Shown here: in pieces, positions 32,896 through 43,566 of the stretch
Position numbering within the stretch: position 1 is the stretch's first letter
Layout: each line of letters begins with the position of its first letter
Assembly: GCA_937625935.1 (NCBI GenBank)
Contig: OW569373.1
Coordinates: forward strand, 62,001 to 126,000
Direction: 5' to 3'
DNA length: 64,000 nt
DNA from: Tetramitus jugosus
Lineage: Eukaryota; Protista; Heterolobosea
Made by a program: the position numbers and the translations under genes
Notes under the pieces: generated by a model
What the model saw: the letters and a program-made list of their open reading frames with translations, nothing else
What the model was told of the DNA's origin: nothing
Database searches by the model: none

Positions 32896-34380
32896 ATGTT
32901 CAAAAGATCCATTCACACTCAAGAAGTTATTATAGAGCAGGAGTGTAATAAGAGGGACGAAAATCCCCTTATTGTTAAGGTGGATGAGAAACTATCCACC
33001 ACAGCTACTAAACAAAAAATTGTATTGACTTCCAAGTGGGTCGAAAAATCACAGTATCACTGGTTGTTTCACCTCGTGTTCCTGAGCCTTGTTCCCTTGT
33101 GGATCGTCTTTAGTTGGCAATTGGTTCGATACTGGGAGTATTCTCAATCCATTGGCCTCATCGCTTTTCTCATGTATCCGGCATGGTCGTTCATTGGGTT
33201 GCCTGTTGTTGACACTGCGATGAACTTGGTTCACGTTCATGCCTCGTTGACTCAATTTGCACAATTCTTTCCCATTGTGGCCACTCAACTAAATCAAACA
33301 CATTGGACCGAGAATTACACGGTAGAAAAAGATGGTTTGTCAAGAGCTCTCAACAACAGACAACAGCAACAACAACCAAGTATTCAGTTGTCTCTCGAAG
33401 AAAGGATCCAAATCAAGAAGCAAAAGGAAGCTTTCGATAATCGATACACTACCGTGCTTCGATGCTTTGCTGTGGCACACACTGCTACCTTCCTCTATAG
33501 CTTGTATCAATTACAAGACTTGCAAGAGCGTGCACCAGTGGAATGGTACAAGAGCACTGTATTCTGGGGTCAATTTGCAATTCTTGGTATGATACAAGCT
33601 GCACCTAGTTCTTCCGTGTCTCATGAGCTGTATCATCGACTAAAAAAAGTAGATCGATTCTTTGGCAAGTTATTGCTCACAACGATGATGTACACTCATT
33701 TCTCAATTGAACACGTGTATGGTCATCATAAGAATGTTGCGACAGTGCATGATCCGGCGACAGCTCGGTTCTATCAAACTTTTTATGCCTTTTTCCTGCA
33801 GAGTACTATTGGAGGTTACATTAATTCATGGTTCATTGAAAATGAACAATTGAGGAGCAAGAATCGTAACAATGGTCGCCGAATGCACTGGAAACAATTC
33901 CTATTACATCACAGAATACTGCATTACTCTGTTCTGTGTTACATGGTCATTCCATTGGCAATGTACTTGTGGCAAGGCTATGCAGGAGTTGTAGCAGTCA
34001 CCTTCCAAGCATTCATGGGTATCTGGTTTATTGAACTCATCAATTACTTTGAGCACTATGGATTGCAAAGAGAGATGAGACCAGATGGTACGTTCGAGCC
34101 GGTTCAGGAGTGGCATTCTTGGGATATGCCAGAAGGCCATCTCTCCAAGTTGTCCTATTGTAATCTGGTCCTTCACAGTGATCATCATCACTCCCCATTG
34201 AAACATTATGAACATTTGGAGGTTTCAAAGAATGAAAAAACTCCAACATTGCCATACAGTTATGCTGTTATGGCGTTGATGAGTATGGTTCCGAGTTTAT
34301 TCTTCTCAGTCATCCACAAGGAACCGGTGTTCCAACAGGAAAAGTACAAGAAGCAATTTTTGAGGAACAGCAGTGCCTGA
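32896..34380 (+). CDS. alkB: Alkane 1-monooxygenase (AlkB-type membrane non-haem diiron hydroxylase)
   Basis: Hist1 HELYH, Hist2 EHVYGHH followed by VAT..DPATAR, HYG motif NYFEHYGL, HSWD, Hist3 LVLHSDHH, PTLPYSY, and several TM helices. Confidence 0.9.
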   Translation: MFKRSIHTQEVIIEQECNKRDENPLIVKVDEKLSTTATKQKIVLTSKWVEKSQYHWLFHLVFLSLVPLWIVFSWQLVRYWEYSQSIGLIAFLMYPAWSFIGLPVVDTAMNLVHVHASLTQFAQFFPIVATQLNQTHWTENYTVEKDGLSRALNNRQQQQQPSIQLSLEERIQIKKQKEAFDNRYTTVLRCFAVAHTATFLYSLYQLQDLQERAPVEWYKSTVFWGQFAILGMIQAAPSSSVSHELYHRLKKVDRFFGKLLLTTMMYTHFSIEHVYGHHKNVATVHDPATARFYQTFYAFFLQSTIGGYINSWFIENEQLRSKNRNNGRRMHWKQFLLHHRILHYSVLCYMVIPLAMYLWQGYAGVVAVTFQAFMGIWFIELINYFEHYGLQREMRPDGTFEPVQEWHSWDMPEGHLSKLSYCNLVLHSDHHHSPLKHYEHLEVSKNEKTPTLPYSYAVMALMSMVPSLFFSVIHKEPVFQQEKYKKQFLRNSSA

Positions 34381-34473
34381 TTGTCTATCATTTCTTTTCT
34401 TGAGCAGAGAGATGGTGGTCACTTGTAAAATAAACAAATTCGTGTCATAGGGGGTAGACCTTTTTAAGGAGTT

Positions 34474-36378
34474 TTACTCTGAGAGAAACGTGATCATGAT
34501 ATCAGTAAATATCTGCGAGAGACTTGATCTATGAATCAAGTTCTTGACGGTGTTATAAGTACTTGATTCTGGCCACAATCGAGCGGCTCTTAAGTCATGT
34601 TTAACCTTCGACCGAATTGCTGCTTGCTCTTCTTCACTCATCTCCTGAACCACTGCATTTCTTACTTGGCTGCGCATTTCATACAACTCTGAGAGTCCAT
34701 TTGTATCAACGCACCATCGAATGCCTTGATTCAACAAGTGCATCGCTTCCATGAAAGCCTCTCTTTTCGACATGCTGAACAAGCGACGCATGTACACTGA
34801 TTCATAGTCCTCTGCTAACCGAGTTGTGCCATAGGAACCTGGTTCCAACTCCCACTCGACCTTATCATCCAAGAAAATGATTGCGTCATCCACGTATTCA
34901 AACACTTCTTCTTCACTTTGATAGTCACCTGAGGGGTTCTTTTCTCGCTGGTCCACATCTTGCTCTGCTTTGGAAGAATGAGTGGAATTGATTCCTACAG
35001 GTGTTGATGGTAGTAGATCTTGAGTAGCTTGAACAAGATAAATGGCTGACAGTACCTTGTACGCATAGTGCTGTTTGGGATCCAAGCGAAGAGATGTGTA
35101 GTAATCGTGAAGGGCATTCGCTATCTGATCCATGTGAAAATAGTACATATCACCTCTTTCATTGTACACAGAAGCCAACAATGGATTCAATTGTAAAATA
35201 CACTGATAATCTTCAATTGCCTTGTTGAAACGGCCTGTATCTGTATAGAGCTTCGCCCTTTGCCTAAATCCTTGAATATATCTCTTGTTTACTTCAATTG
35301 ACCGATTATAGTACAGCAGAGCCAAAGTGGTATTATCTTTCCTTGCATAGCAACGACCTATATTGGCAAAGAGAACGCACGGAGAGTGATCGGGGCCCGC
35401 CTCCAATGCTCGATTGAAATAGCTAATGGCTTCATTGTACTGTTCATTGTACTCGTATAGACTACCTATGGACAATAGAGCAAAAGAGCAATTGGGATCA
35501 ATTTGTAAGGCCCGTTCAAATTCACTCTTGGCTGAGTTGAGTTGTCTGTGTTTGAGCATCATTTGTTCATCAATCTCATCAGTGTCAAAATCACTTGACA
35601 AGGAAACATCAAAACTGAGCAAAAGTCCTTGCAGGACATGACAAAAGATGCGAGCCAACTCAACCTCCCTTCCAGTAAAGGAAACAGGGTCGTCTGAAGC
35701 ATCACACAATGGATCCAGGGAACTGAAGCTATTGATGCGGCAATGGGAGGGTACATGCTGTTGTTTCCGGCACACGGTCAATGCCCTGCCAAAGTAATAC
35801 CGTGCCAAATCAAGATTCTTGACGCTGTGTGTCAACCCTAGTTCAAAATAAGCTTCGAAATCATCCGCTCTGATTTGAACAGCCTCAGAAAAGTAATGGA
35901 TGGCAAGTTGATCGTTCTGCGTGTATCTCGCGTCCACGCCTTTCCTTATCCAGTCTCGGTACAACTTCACTTGCGCTTTTCGTTCAATCACCCTTCGGTT
36001 AATGATTGGTAGTGATTGGTCAACCGAACGTTCAATTGAAACGCGAATACTTTGGGTATTTCTCCGAAGTTGAGAATTCATTCGTTGACAGGTTATTTGA
36101 TGTTCTTCAACGATTGATGGAGCGATGATTAATGAAAATGGAGAATTGTCGCGTATGTGTGATGAGAGGAGGATTGATTTGGCTTCCAATCCATCTTGGT
36201 CGATAGGGGGTTCATCCTCTGATGATATCTGTTTACAGCGATCAACTTGGATTTGTAAAGGAGTCAGTACCGGGTTTCTGTTATCTACGTTGTTTGTTTT
36301 TCTTTCTCTGTTGATGAGTTGGTTTTGAATCCATTGCGAGTCAAGATCTCGTCGCGAAGTATCACATATCTCAACCAT
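34474..36378 (-). CDS. Tetratricopeptide-repeat protein
   Basis: FERALQIDP, YNEAISYFNRALEAGP, FNKAIEDYQCILQLNP, ALHDYYTSLRLDP. Confidence 0.85.
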   Translation of the reverse strand: MVEICDTSRRDLDSQWIQNQLINRERKTNNVDNRNPVLTPLQIQVDRCKQISSEDEPPIDQDGLEAKSILLSSHIRDNSPFSLIIAPSIVEEHQITCQRMNSQLRRNTQSIRVSIERSVDQSLPIINRRVIERKAQVKLYRDWIRKGVDARYTQNDQLAIHYFSEAVQIRADDFEAYFELGLTHSVKNLDLARYYFGRALTVCRKQQHVPSHCRINSFSSLDPLCDASDDPVSFTGREVELARIFCHVLQGLLLSFDVSLSSDFDTDEIDEQMMLKHRQLNSAKSEFERALQIDPNCSFALLSIGSLYEYNEQYNEAISYFNRALEAGPDHSPCVLFANIGRCYARKDNTTLALLYYNRSIEVNKRYIQGFRQRAKLYTDTGRFNKAIEDYQCILQLNPLLASVYNERGDMYYFHMDQIANALHDYYTSLRLDPKQHYAYKVLSAIYLVQATQDLLPSTPVGINSTHSSKAEQDVDQREKNPSGDYQSEEEVFEYVDDAIIFLDDKVEWELEPGSYGTTRLAEDYESVYMRRLFSMSKREAFMEAMHLLNQGIRWCVDTNGLSELYEMRSQVRNAVVQEMSEEEQAAIRSKVKHDLRAARLWPESSTYNTVKNLIHRSSLSQIFTDIMITFLSE

Positions 36379-37147
36379 GATGCGTTTTCACTCTTTTTTG
36401 AACGAGTCAACCAACTTCTTGTTCGGTGGTAATCTAACTTGAATTTGTTTACAACATGTATTCGAATCATTTTGCGGTATTGAAAAAATTCCTCTTACAA
36501 AAAGATATCTAGAGAGACCGTTCATCCACTTGGTTTGAACATGACAATGAAGTAGGGGACGAGATCATCCTCAACAAACTTGTTCTTAGGCACAAGTGCA
36601 TGATAACAATAAATCATAGTGTTCCAGGCACCAAATAGGTTTGTACCGAGATTGTCCATGTCTATTGGTAGTCAACTTCTTTTTCATTTTGAAACGCTTG
36701 GCTGCAGTGGAGGATAGTGAGATTTCCAATGCAACCATGAACCTTTGCAACGAGTCTCAGCTACAAGAGCGAGACATCAGTCGATACAGTTCGCACACAA
36801 CAAATACAATGTAATAACCCAAGCTCGTAAGCCCGGCGATAGATATTACAACTATCGAGAACAGATACTACACTTGATTCAAGCCTGAGGCCGAGAAGGT
36901 GTTTTTGAATAAGAGAGAATCAGAAATCCGAACTCCTTTTTATCCAGCTTCCCCTGCCCCTTTCTGTTACACTCTGGCGTGGGTTTGGGGAATGTATTCC
37001 CCAAAACATGAAATGATCTTCGTTTCCATTGAACCCAGAAACTCCTTTCACCAAGAAAAATCAAGCTCCCTATTTTTAACATGCAGTTTTTCTCAGATCA
37101 TAGGCCTTGAAATCCACGGGAGAGGGACACATTATCCACAGATCAAA

Positions 37148-37807
37148 ATGCCAGTAAGAAAGAGACAACGTACCTCAAGTAGTACAAGCCTGGATGCTTC
37201 TACCATCAAGGATGAACCACAAGATTCTTCTCAGTTGAACACGATTACTTCGCAAGTCAGCAGTGGCCCAACAAGAAGTATTCCAAAGTTGACTGTCGAG
37301 CAAGTTGAAAACTACTTGGAGCGTATGGATTCGGCGAGAGCAGGCAGAGCAATGGATTATTTCGAGAGTGGGATGATTTCTGATTGTTTTCTTCAGGACA
37401 ATGTCATTACGGCACAGGTACAAGGCAGTTACGCTGATGAGTATGATGTGAGGATTGAATTCCATGAGAATTGGTCGCCGAATGAAAAGTCGGTAGGAAA
37501 AATTGTAAAGAGCTTTAACTGCAGTTGTCCTGACTGGGGTTACCCGTGCAAGCACGCTGGTGCGGTATTGTTGAAGTGGGCTAGTAATCCAAGAAGGATT
37601 CATGCATTACCTCCAATACGATCACTACTGGAGAATAAGAGCAAGGAAGAGTTGGTGGCGTTGATTGAAGAACTTTGTAAGGAGAATGGTGAGGTTGGGC
37701 GTATCATTAACTCCAAGTTCAACCCAAACATGACTACTACTATCTATGGTGGGGATGAGGACGACGAAGAAGATGAGGATGAGGAAGAAGACGAAGATGA
37801 CGAATGA
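37148..37807 (+). CDS. SWIM zinc-finger protein (bacterial-like) with N-terminal NLS and acidic tail
   Basis: RAMDY..SG....AQVQGS...YDVRI...CSCPD...PCKHAGAVLL. Likely ATG at 37148 (MPVRKRQR). Poly-D/E C-terminus. Confidence 0.85.
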   Translation: MPVRKRQRTSSSTSLDASTIKDEPQDSSQLNTITSQVSSGPTRSIPKLTVEQVENYLERMDSARAGRAMDYFESGMISDCFLQDNVITAQVQGSYADEYDVRIEFHENWSPNEKSVGKIVKSFNCSCPDWGYPCKHAGAVLLKWASNPRRIHALPPIRSLLENKSKEELVALIEELCKENGEVGRIINSKFNPNMTTTIYGGDEDDEEDEDEEEDEDDE

Positions 37808-37903
37808 GAAATCTCATCTCTTGGTTCTTGTAAATACAATCAGTAATTTATTTTTTCGGTCATTGTATTGTTCACGTGTGCTAGTATCATTAGGAAGATC
37901 GAG

Positions 37904-38224
37904 TTAAGAACGATCTTCATCATCAAAATCATCCTCTTCGCTGTCTGGGCGTTCTTCCACTTTGTATCCTTCATCATCCTCATAGATGTCATCTTTCAAG
38001 ATTCTCTCCAACTCTTCTTCACCAAAAGCATCAGCGGATGGGTCCTCGTCCGACCATCGATCTACATCGTCCTTGCTCGTTCCATCGTGAATGTGTGCTC
38101 TATCTTTCGGATCCAATCTTTCTTCACCTAAATGAGGCTGATGAAGCCCATCGAATCCACGAATGTCATACTCTGTGTTTGTTAGATCAATATTGTTCTT
38201 TGATTCAACTGAAAAGTGGTCCAT
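37904..38224 (-). CDS. Small acidic hypothetical protein
   Basis: 106-aa ATG-initiated ORF, D/E-rich, A-rich leader, convergent with the SWIM gene. Confidence 0.55.
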   Translation of the reverse strand: MDHFSVESKNNIDLTNTEYDIRGFDGLHQPHLGEERLDPKDRAHIHDGTSKDDVDRWSDEDPSADAFGEEELERILKDDIYEDDEGYKVEERPDSEEDDFDDEDRS

Positions 38225-38383
38225 GGTTTTTACTTCTTTTTGTAACTTGGTTGACTGTTTTTACATGATAATTTCGGACAAAAACAGGAATATTTTTGTA
38301 ACAAAGATACTTTACAACAAGAGTGTGAAAAAGAGCTTGTTCGGTCATCCGTTAGGGGAACACGGAATGTGATTCATTCTTCA

Positions 38384-39928
38384 CTATATTCCAAGTGACA
38401 TCTTCATAGTCAAATTGTCATATGGTGTCTTCTTCTTCTTGTGAATGTTGGGCACGGGCATTAAAATTTCTTTCGTCTTCTCCTCTGAGGAGCTATTGAA
38501 ATCGTGCCACACCCACAGTGGGACTTGTTCAGTCACAAGATGGTTCTTGTTGTGACCGTTATTCGTATAGTTTGTGAACTGATGTTGTTGATAATGAGTG
38601 TCCCTAGAGGTGGACACGGGCAATGTGGTCTTGTTGTTATTGCTCATCCTAGTGTTGCTATTGTGATAGCTATAATTGTTGAAGCTTTTGGTGGAGCTTC
38701 CATTGTTGTTGGGTCTACACATGTTGCCATCATTGTTGAAGCTACTGTAGTTTTGGTGGTGGATTTGGCTAAAGTGGTTGCTTGATTCCTGGTGGTGATT
38801 GTTGCTTGAAAAGCTATAAAGCTTTTGTATCAGCGTTTGCTGCTGTGGCGAGGCCTTCTTGTATGGATGGTACGCATGAGCAGTAGTGGTGGAGGCGGAG
38901 ATGGAAGGACGTTGACGTGTAGTTGCAGCTACGACCTCCGCAGCAAATTCCCTCCCTTCGGCGGCTCCGCTACATTCATCACCCCATTGACGAATCATGT
39001 TGACGAGACAATCTTTCGAAGGAGGAATTTGTAATTTGTCCTCGTCTTGATTGGGGCTCGATGACGACGTCGATAGGACAGCAGGCGTCGATGTTCGAAG
39101 CTCTTGATCCTTCTTGGACACGGATTCCACAATTGGTAATTTGTCAGCTAGCGTCGTAGGAGAGGAAACCTTGATAGCTTGACTCTTGTTAGAAGAAGTG
39201 GTGGTGGTGGTGCTATTGTCGCACGACATCGATGATGATTCTTCTTCCTTGCTTGCTACCTCTTCTTCTTCTTGATGGTGGTCATTAAAGTAAACAACCA
39301 TGTCTTCAATTTCCTTTTCATAGTCTTGGATAACCTCCATCGTAACCTCTTCCTTCTCGTCTTGTAATAGCTCTTGACTGTCGAGCTTTCCCTGTTGTTG
39401 TTGTTCTTGAATGGCAACCTTGAGTAGCAACAGTTCAATGGTTTGTTTCTGTTGATGGACTTGATTCTCTAGTAGCATGTTTCTTTGACTCATACCTTGC
39501 AGTAGCATGAGAGCTTGTTGGAACGATTTGATCTCATAGTGCTGCTGTTGTTGTTGTTGTTGTTCTGGTTGTTGTTGTTGTTGTTGAGGTGACAACAATA
39601 ACTGTTGTTGTTGGTTAGTGTGATAGAGCTGATGATGTTGTTGTTCTTGGTTAGCTATCGAGGTGAAGGGCGACGATGGTGTGGTCGTTGCATAGAATTG
39701 TAGCTCTGGGTCCATACAGTCCAACAGGAGGTTCAGTTCTTCAGAGGAGGCAGTCTTTGTCCTTGTATGATGATTCTGATTCATCAACATGCTGTTGGGA
39801 GATGTGTGCTGTAGGAGTAGTTGGATACTACTGTTATGGTTGTTACAATGAGGAGAGGACGTTAAGTTCGAAGCAGCAGTTGCTGTTGCTTGTGGCAGTT
39901 GATGGTTAGGATCATACGAGTAGAACAT
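38384..39928 (-). CDS. Gln/Asn/Ser-rich low-complexity protein with a short coiled coil, possibly a transcriptional regulator
   Basis: 514-aa ORF with poly-Q tracts, heptad segment LQGMSQRNMLLENQVHQQKQTIELL and a basic C-terminus. Confidence 0.65.
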   Translation of the reverse strand: MFYSYDPNHQLPQATATAASNLTSSPHCNNHNSSIQLLLQHTSPNSMLMNQNHHTRTKTASSEELNLLLDCMDPELQFYATTTPSSPFTSIANQEQQHHQLYHTNQQQQLLLSPQQQQQQPEQQQQQQQHYEIKSFQQALMLLQGMSQRNMLLENQVHQQKQTIELLLLKVAIQEQQQQGKLDSQELLQDEKEEVTMEVIQDYEKEIEDMVVYFNDHHQEEEEVASKEEESSSMSCDNSTTTTTSSNKSQAIKVSSPTTLADKLPIVESVSKKDQELRTSTPAVLSTSSSSPNQDEDKLQIPPSKDCLVNMIRQWGDECSGAAEGREFAAEVVAATTRQRPSISASTTTAHAYHPYKKASPQQQTLIQKLYSFSSNNHHQESSNHFSQIHHQNYSSFNNDGNMCRPNNNGSSTKSFNNYSYHNSNTRMSNNNKTTLPVSTSRDTHYQQHQFTNYTNNGHNKNHLVTEQVPLWVWHDFNSSSEEKTKEILMPVPNIHKKKKTPYDNLTMKMSLGI

Positions 39929-41159
39929 TGTTGAGAAGAACTCAAAAGAAGATGGGTATCCTTGTTAGTTTGTTTGTTGTTTGTTTGTTGTGGTGTTAGC
40001 AAAGTTTGCTTTTTGGTGTTCGTTTTGAATGGCGATAGTGTTGTTGAGGTTGTGGGGTGAGAGAATCAATGAAATAGCCAGTGCGACTTGTTTTTATTCA
40101 GAGAGGGTAGGTCCAGGTGGTGCCTCGGCACACTCGCTGCTCCCCAACGACCCACCAATGGTTGCATCGCAAGACAATCGTCGGACACTGGTTCGTCTCA
40201 AAATGTCAACGGGTCCTCTTTTAGTTAATCGATTTCTACAGAATCTCGCGATCAGAAAAAACGCGGAAGGAGGTTTATGGGACGTTTGACACTTCATGTT
40301 CGATATTTCGCCTCGCTCATGTTTGCTCAAAACAATCAATGTCTCCGGTTTGTCGCCCGGACTTTGTCGGCTCCACCACCTTTCACACATATCATCTCAC
40401 AAACTCACCACGAATGGAGTTCCAGAGAATAAATTGGGACTCTAAGCCTCACTGAGAAATAGATTGCAACACGTAATTGCACCGAAAAGAAATTGTGAAC
40501 TAGAAGAAGTCCCCAATGAGCATGTTTCCCTACTAAAGATGGGACGATAACTGCCAAATGTCAATTTACAGTCATCACTATGATAACCTACAAGTTAACC
40601 CAACTATGCAAAAGTACTCACTGAGTTGTGAAAGAAAAGTAGATTGAATGAGTCGCGCGAAAGTTCAGCTCGTTTCCTAGTCATCTCTCGGAAAGTCAGA
40701 TTCGGGCAGCTCAACCGGTTTTCTGAGTGTACCTTACATATGGCATCTTTCTATTTCAATATTGCTCCATTCCGACAGTCAAGTACCTAAATGCCAAACT
40801 GGTCAAAATTTATCCTAGAGTTCTTCGAGAGTTCCTATTTATTTCACAATAATGGGGGAACCTCCTCTGTCCTCCCTGGTCAATTGTGTAATCCAAGGTT
40901 GGGCAAAGTGGCTTCTAACTACTGCGACAAAACAAAACATTGAGTTAGGCGACAGGTCGACTCATTCCTTGCATCCTCGGAAAGGAGATCGATACACAAG
41001 ACCCGATCGTTGATTCTTCAGTGTGTGACCAAACATTCCTAAATGCATTATGCCACGGTCTTATTCCAACAACGGTCCATTCTACCTAAATTCCTAATCC
41101 GTCAAATTAATCACGAGAGTTCTGTAGTTCTTTCCTGAGACTCTTTCGTGATCTCACTT

Positions 41160-43391
41160 TCATCGTAGTGTGAACAACTGAAGTCGATGTTGCCCTCTGC
41201 CTTTCTCACTCACAATAACACTGCCATTGTTTCCAATAGCGACACCACAAGGTTCCCCAAACTCTCCTTGTTGTGGACCATGGGAACCGAACGATGAGAT
41301 GAATGTTCCATCGATAGAGTTAAAAATTTGGACTCGGTGATTGTTTCGATCACAAACAATCAGGTATCGATACTCTCCTCTCTCAAATAGACAAATGCTT
41401 CTTGGTTGATTAAACTGTCCACGTTCTGCGCCTTGTTCTCCGATATGGAACAGATACTTGCCTTGATTGTCCAGAACTTGAATTCTGTTATTGTCTTCAT
41501 CACTAACGAACAAGGTGCCATCCCTACTAACTTCGATATCCCATGGAAAGTTAAATTGAGAAGCGCCCATTCCTCGACCACCAAACGTTCTTTTGAACAC
41601 TCCTTGATTGGAGAATACCTGTACTCGATGATTGCCCTTGTCGATGACATAAATGTTGTCTTCTGAGTCAACAGAAACACCACAAGGATACTTGAATTGT
41701 GCATTCCTCATTCCCTCACATCCAAATAATCGAACGAACTGAAACTTACGGTCGAACATTTGAACTCTGTGATTTGAATAGTCACATACGATAATATTAC
41801 CTTTCGAGTCAAATGTCATACCTAAAGGATTCTTAAATTGTCCCTCAGCCATTCCTTTAGAACCAAAATTTCTCTTAAACTCAAGATTTGAATCAAATAC
41901 CTGAATTCTGTTGTTGTTGTAATCACTAACATATATGTCTCCAGATTCCTTTTCTACTATCACAAAATAAGGTTTGTCAAATTGACCAGGAGCATCTCCC
42001 ATTTCACCATTGATAATATGACTCTCAAATTTACTCGTTTTAGTTATCTGAATTTGGCCAACAAGTACTGAATATGGGCTATCGCAAATATGGATACCAT
42101 TGGACATAACAGAGAGTTTGTATTCTCCCTTCATGGTTGGAGTGTAGGACACACAAAATATTCCTTCCTCACCTTGCTTTTCAACTTTGAATGGCGTGAT
42201 TTCCGGACCAGTGATGCTAACGATTAAATCGGAATCATTAAGCAGCATATGATTGGAAGAACGAAGCTCTATAGTAAATTGAGTTTGAGTACCTACAGTA
42301 GCTGTGGTTATGCCTTCTCCAACAACAACACAACTGTCAGGATCTGGAACAAGATCTAATACTTCACCCCATCTCTCGATTGTCTCCAAGGTACTTTGAG
42401 GATCAACTAGAGCTCTAACAGTATTGTTGTCATAAGTCGCGATTCGTTCTTCCAGCTCACCTAACAATAAACTAAACTTTGCTTTTGTTTCTCGCTCCCT
42501 ATCCAGAACCATAAAGTCATCACTAACATCTAGTAATTTTGAATTAATGTAGGAGGTGTTCACCATTGCTTGTAATTTTTCTTTTGTTTTCCGTAAATTC
42601 ATCACCTTCCCAGAACATTTTTCTCTCAATTTTGACTCTAACCCGTCTCTCCTCTCATTCAACCGTGCTAGCAGTAGCTCGTATGTATCGCGGATCGCAG
42701 TACTCTCCACATTACATTGACTCTCTATACTCTGGATAGTGCTGTCAATGGAGGAGATCTTCTCCAAGACAAAATTCACTTTTTCTGATGCCTCCTGCAT
42801 CAACTTTGTTAAATCCTTCCTAATCGAATCAGCAACATCGACAACAAAAAAGAAATTGTGATTTCTATGGACAGTTACAGCACAAGTCTTGCATATTAAA
42901 GCATTATCACATGTCCTGCATAGCATTGAAAATCTCTTGTTATGCACTGAGCATATTTTTCTTGTTCTTTGTTCACTGCGATGCAATACCGTTTCTTCCG
43001 TTGGTTCTTGAACACGATGATTCATTGTCTTTGTGGCAGTCCTGTGTGCCTCTGCATGGACTTCACATAGATGTTCTAAGCACTCTGAACAGTATAATGT
43101 CGAACATTGATCACATTTTTCGCAAGAAACTTTGAAACGTTGCTCTTCCAATTGATCATCCACGTTCGGTTCAAGTTCCTGCCTCGCTTCTTCCTCAATT
43201 TCCTCTTTGAAGAATGTCGAATGTAAATCATGGTTATTCAAAATAGGAATCGTTTCTTTCACATTTTCTCTTTTTTCTTCTTCATCATGTGAGAATTGCT
43301 TCTCGCCTGTGGTGACAGACATCTCATCTAGGGAAGATTGTGCTCTTTCAGTGGTCTTAACCTCAATATCATGAGAATGTTTTTGATCCAT
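41160..43391 (-). CDS. RING-less TRIM-NHL-like protein (2 B-boxes, coiled coil, filamin repeat, NHL repeats)
   Basis: B-box1 CEKC...CSEC..LCEVH..H; B-box2 CSVH...CRTC...CKTC...H..H; filamin repeat GEGI...YTP...GEY...I.DSPY; six NHL repeats (GQF..P.G, D..NHRVQVF). Confidence 0.92.
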   Translation of the reverse strand: MDQKHSHDIEVKTTERAQSSLDEMSVTTGEKQFSHDEEEKRENVKETIPILNNHDLHSTFFKEEIEEEARQELEPNVDDQLEEQRFKVSCEKCDQCSTLYCSECLEHLCEVHAEAHRTATKTMNHRVQEPTEETVLHRSEQRTRKICSVHNKRFSMLCRTCDNALICKTCAVTVHRNHNFFFVVDVADSIRKDLTKLMQEASEKVNFVLEKISSIDSTIQSIESQCNVESTAIRDTYELLLARLNERRDGLESKLREKCSGKVMNLRKTKEKLQAMVNTSYINSKLLDVSDDFMVLDRERETKAKFSLLLGELEERIATYDNNTVRALVDPQSTLETIERWGEVLDLVPDPDSCVVVGEGITTATVGTQTQFTIELRSSNHMLLNDSDLIVSITGPEITPFKVEKQGEEGIFCVSYTPTMKGEYKLSVMSNGIHICDSPYSVLVGQIQITKTSKFESHIINGEMGDAPGQFDKPYFVIVEKESGDIYVSDYNNNRIQVFDSNLEFKRNFGSKGMAEGQFKNPLGMTFDSKGNIIVCDYSNHRVQMFDRKFQFVRLFGCEGMRNAQFKYPCGVSVDSEDNIYVIDKGNHRVQVFSNQGVFKRTFGGRGMGASQFNFPWDIEVSRDGTLFVSDEDNNRIQVLDNQGKYLFHIGEQGAERGQFNQPRSICLFERGEYRYLIVCDRNNHRVQIFNSIDGTFISSFGSHGPQQGEFGEPCGVAIGNNGSVIVSEKGRGQHRLQLFTLR

Positions 43392-43566
43392 CCTATTGAA
43401 CTTGATGTTGATTTTTCAATAAGTAATGCTCAAAATCCTGCGACAGCTGTAGTCAGAAAACCGTTGGAAAAAAATCAAAGAACCCGCGCAAATTTCTTTC
43501 CTTTTCTCCGTTTTCCCTATTATTCCGATATCAAAAAACAGAACCGTTGATGATCATTAACGCACA

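Noticed and set aside
36522-36659. 45-aa minus-strand ORF with a VPS9-like 'EDDLVPYFIVM' string
   Set aside because: Too short and based on a single weak motif; at most a pseudogene remnant.
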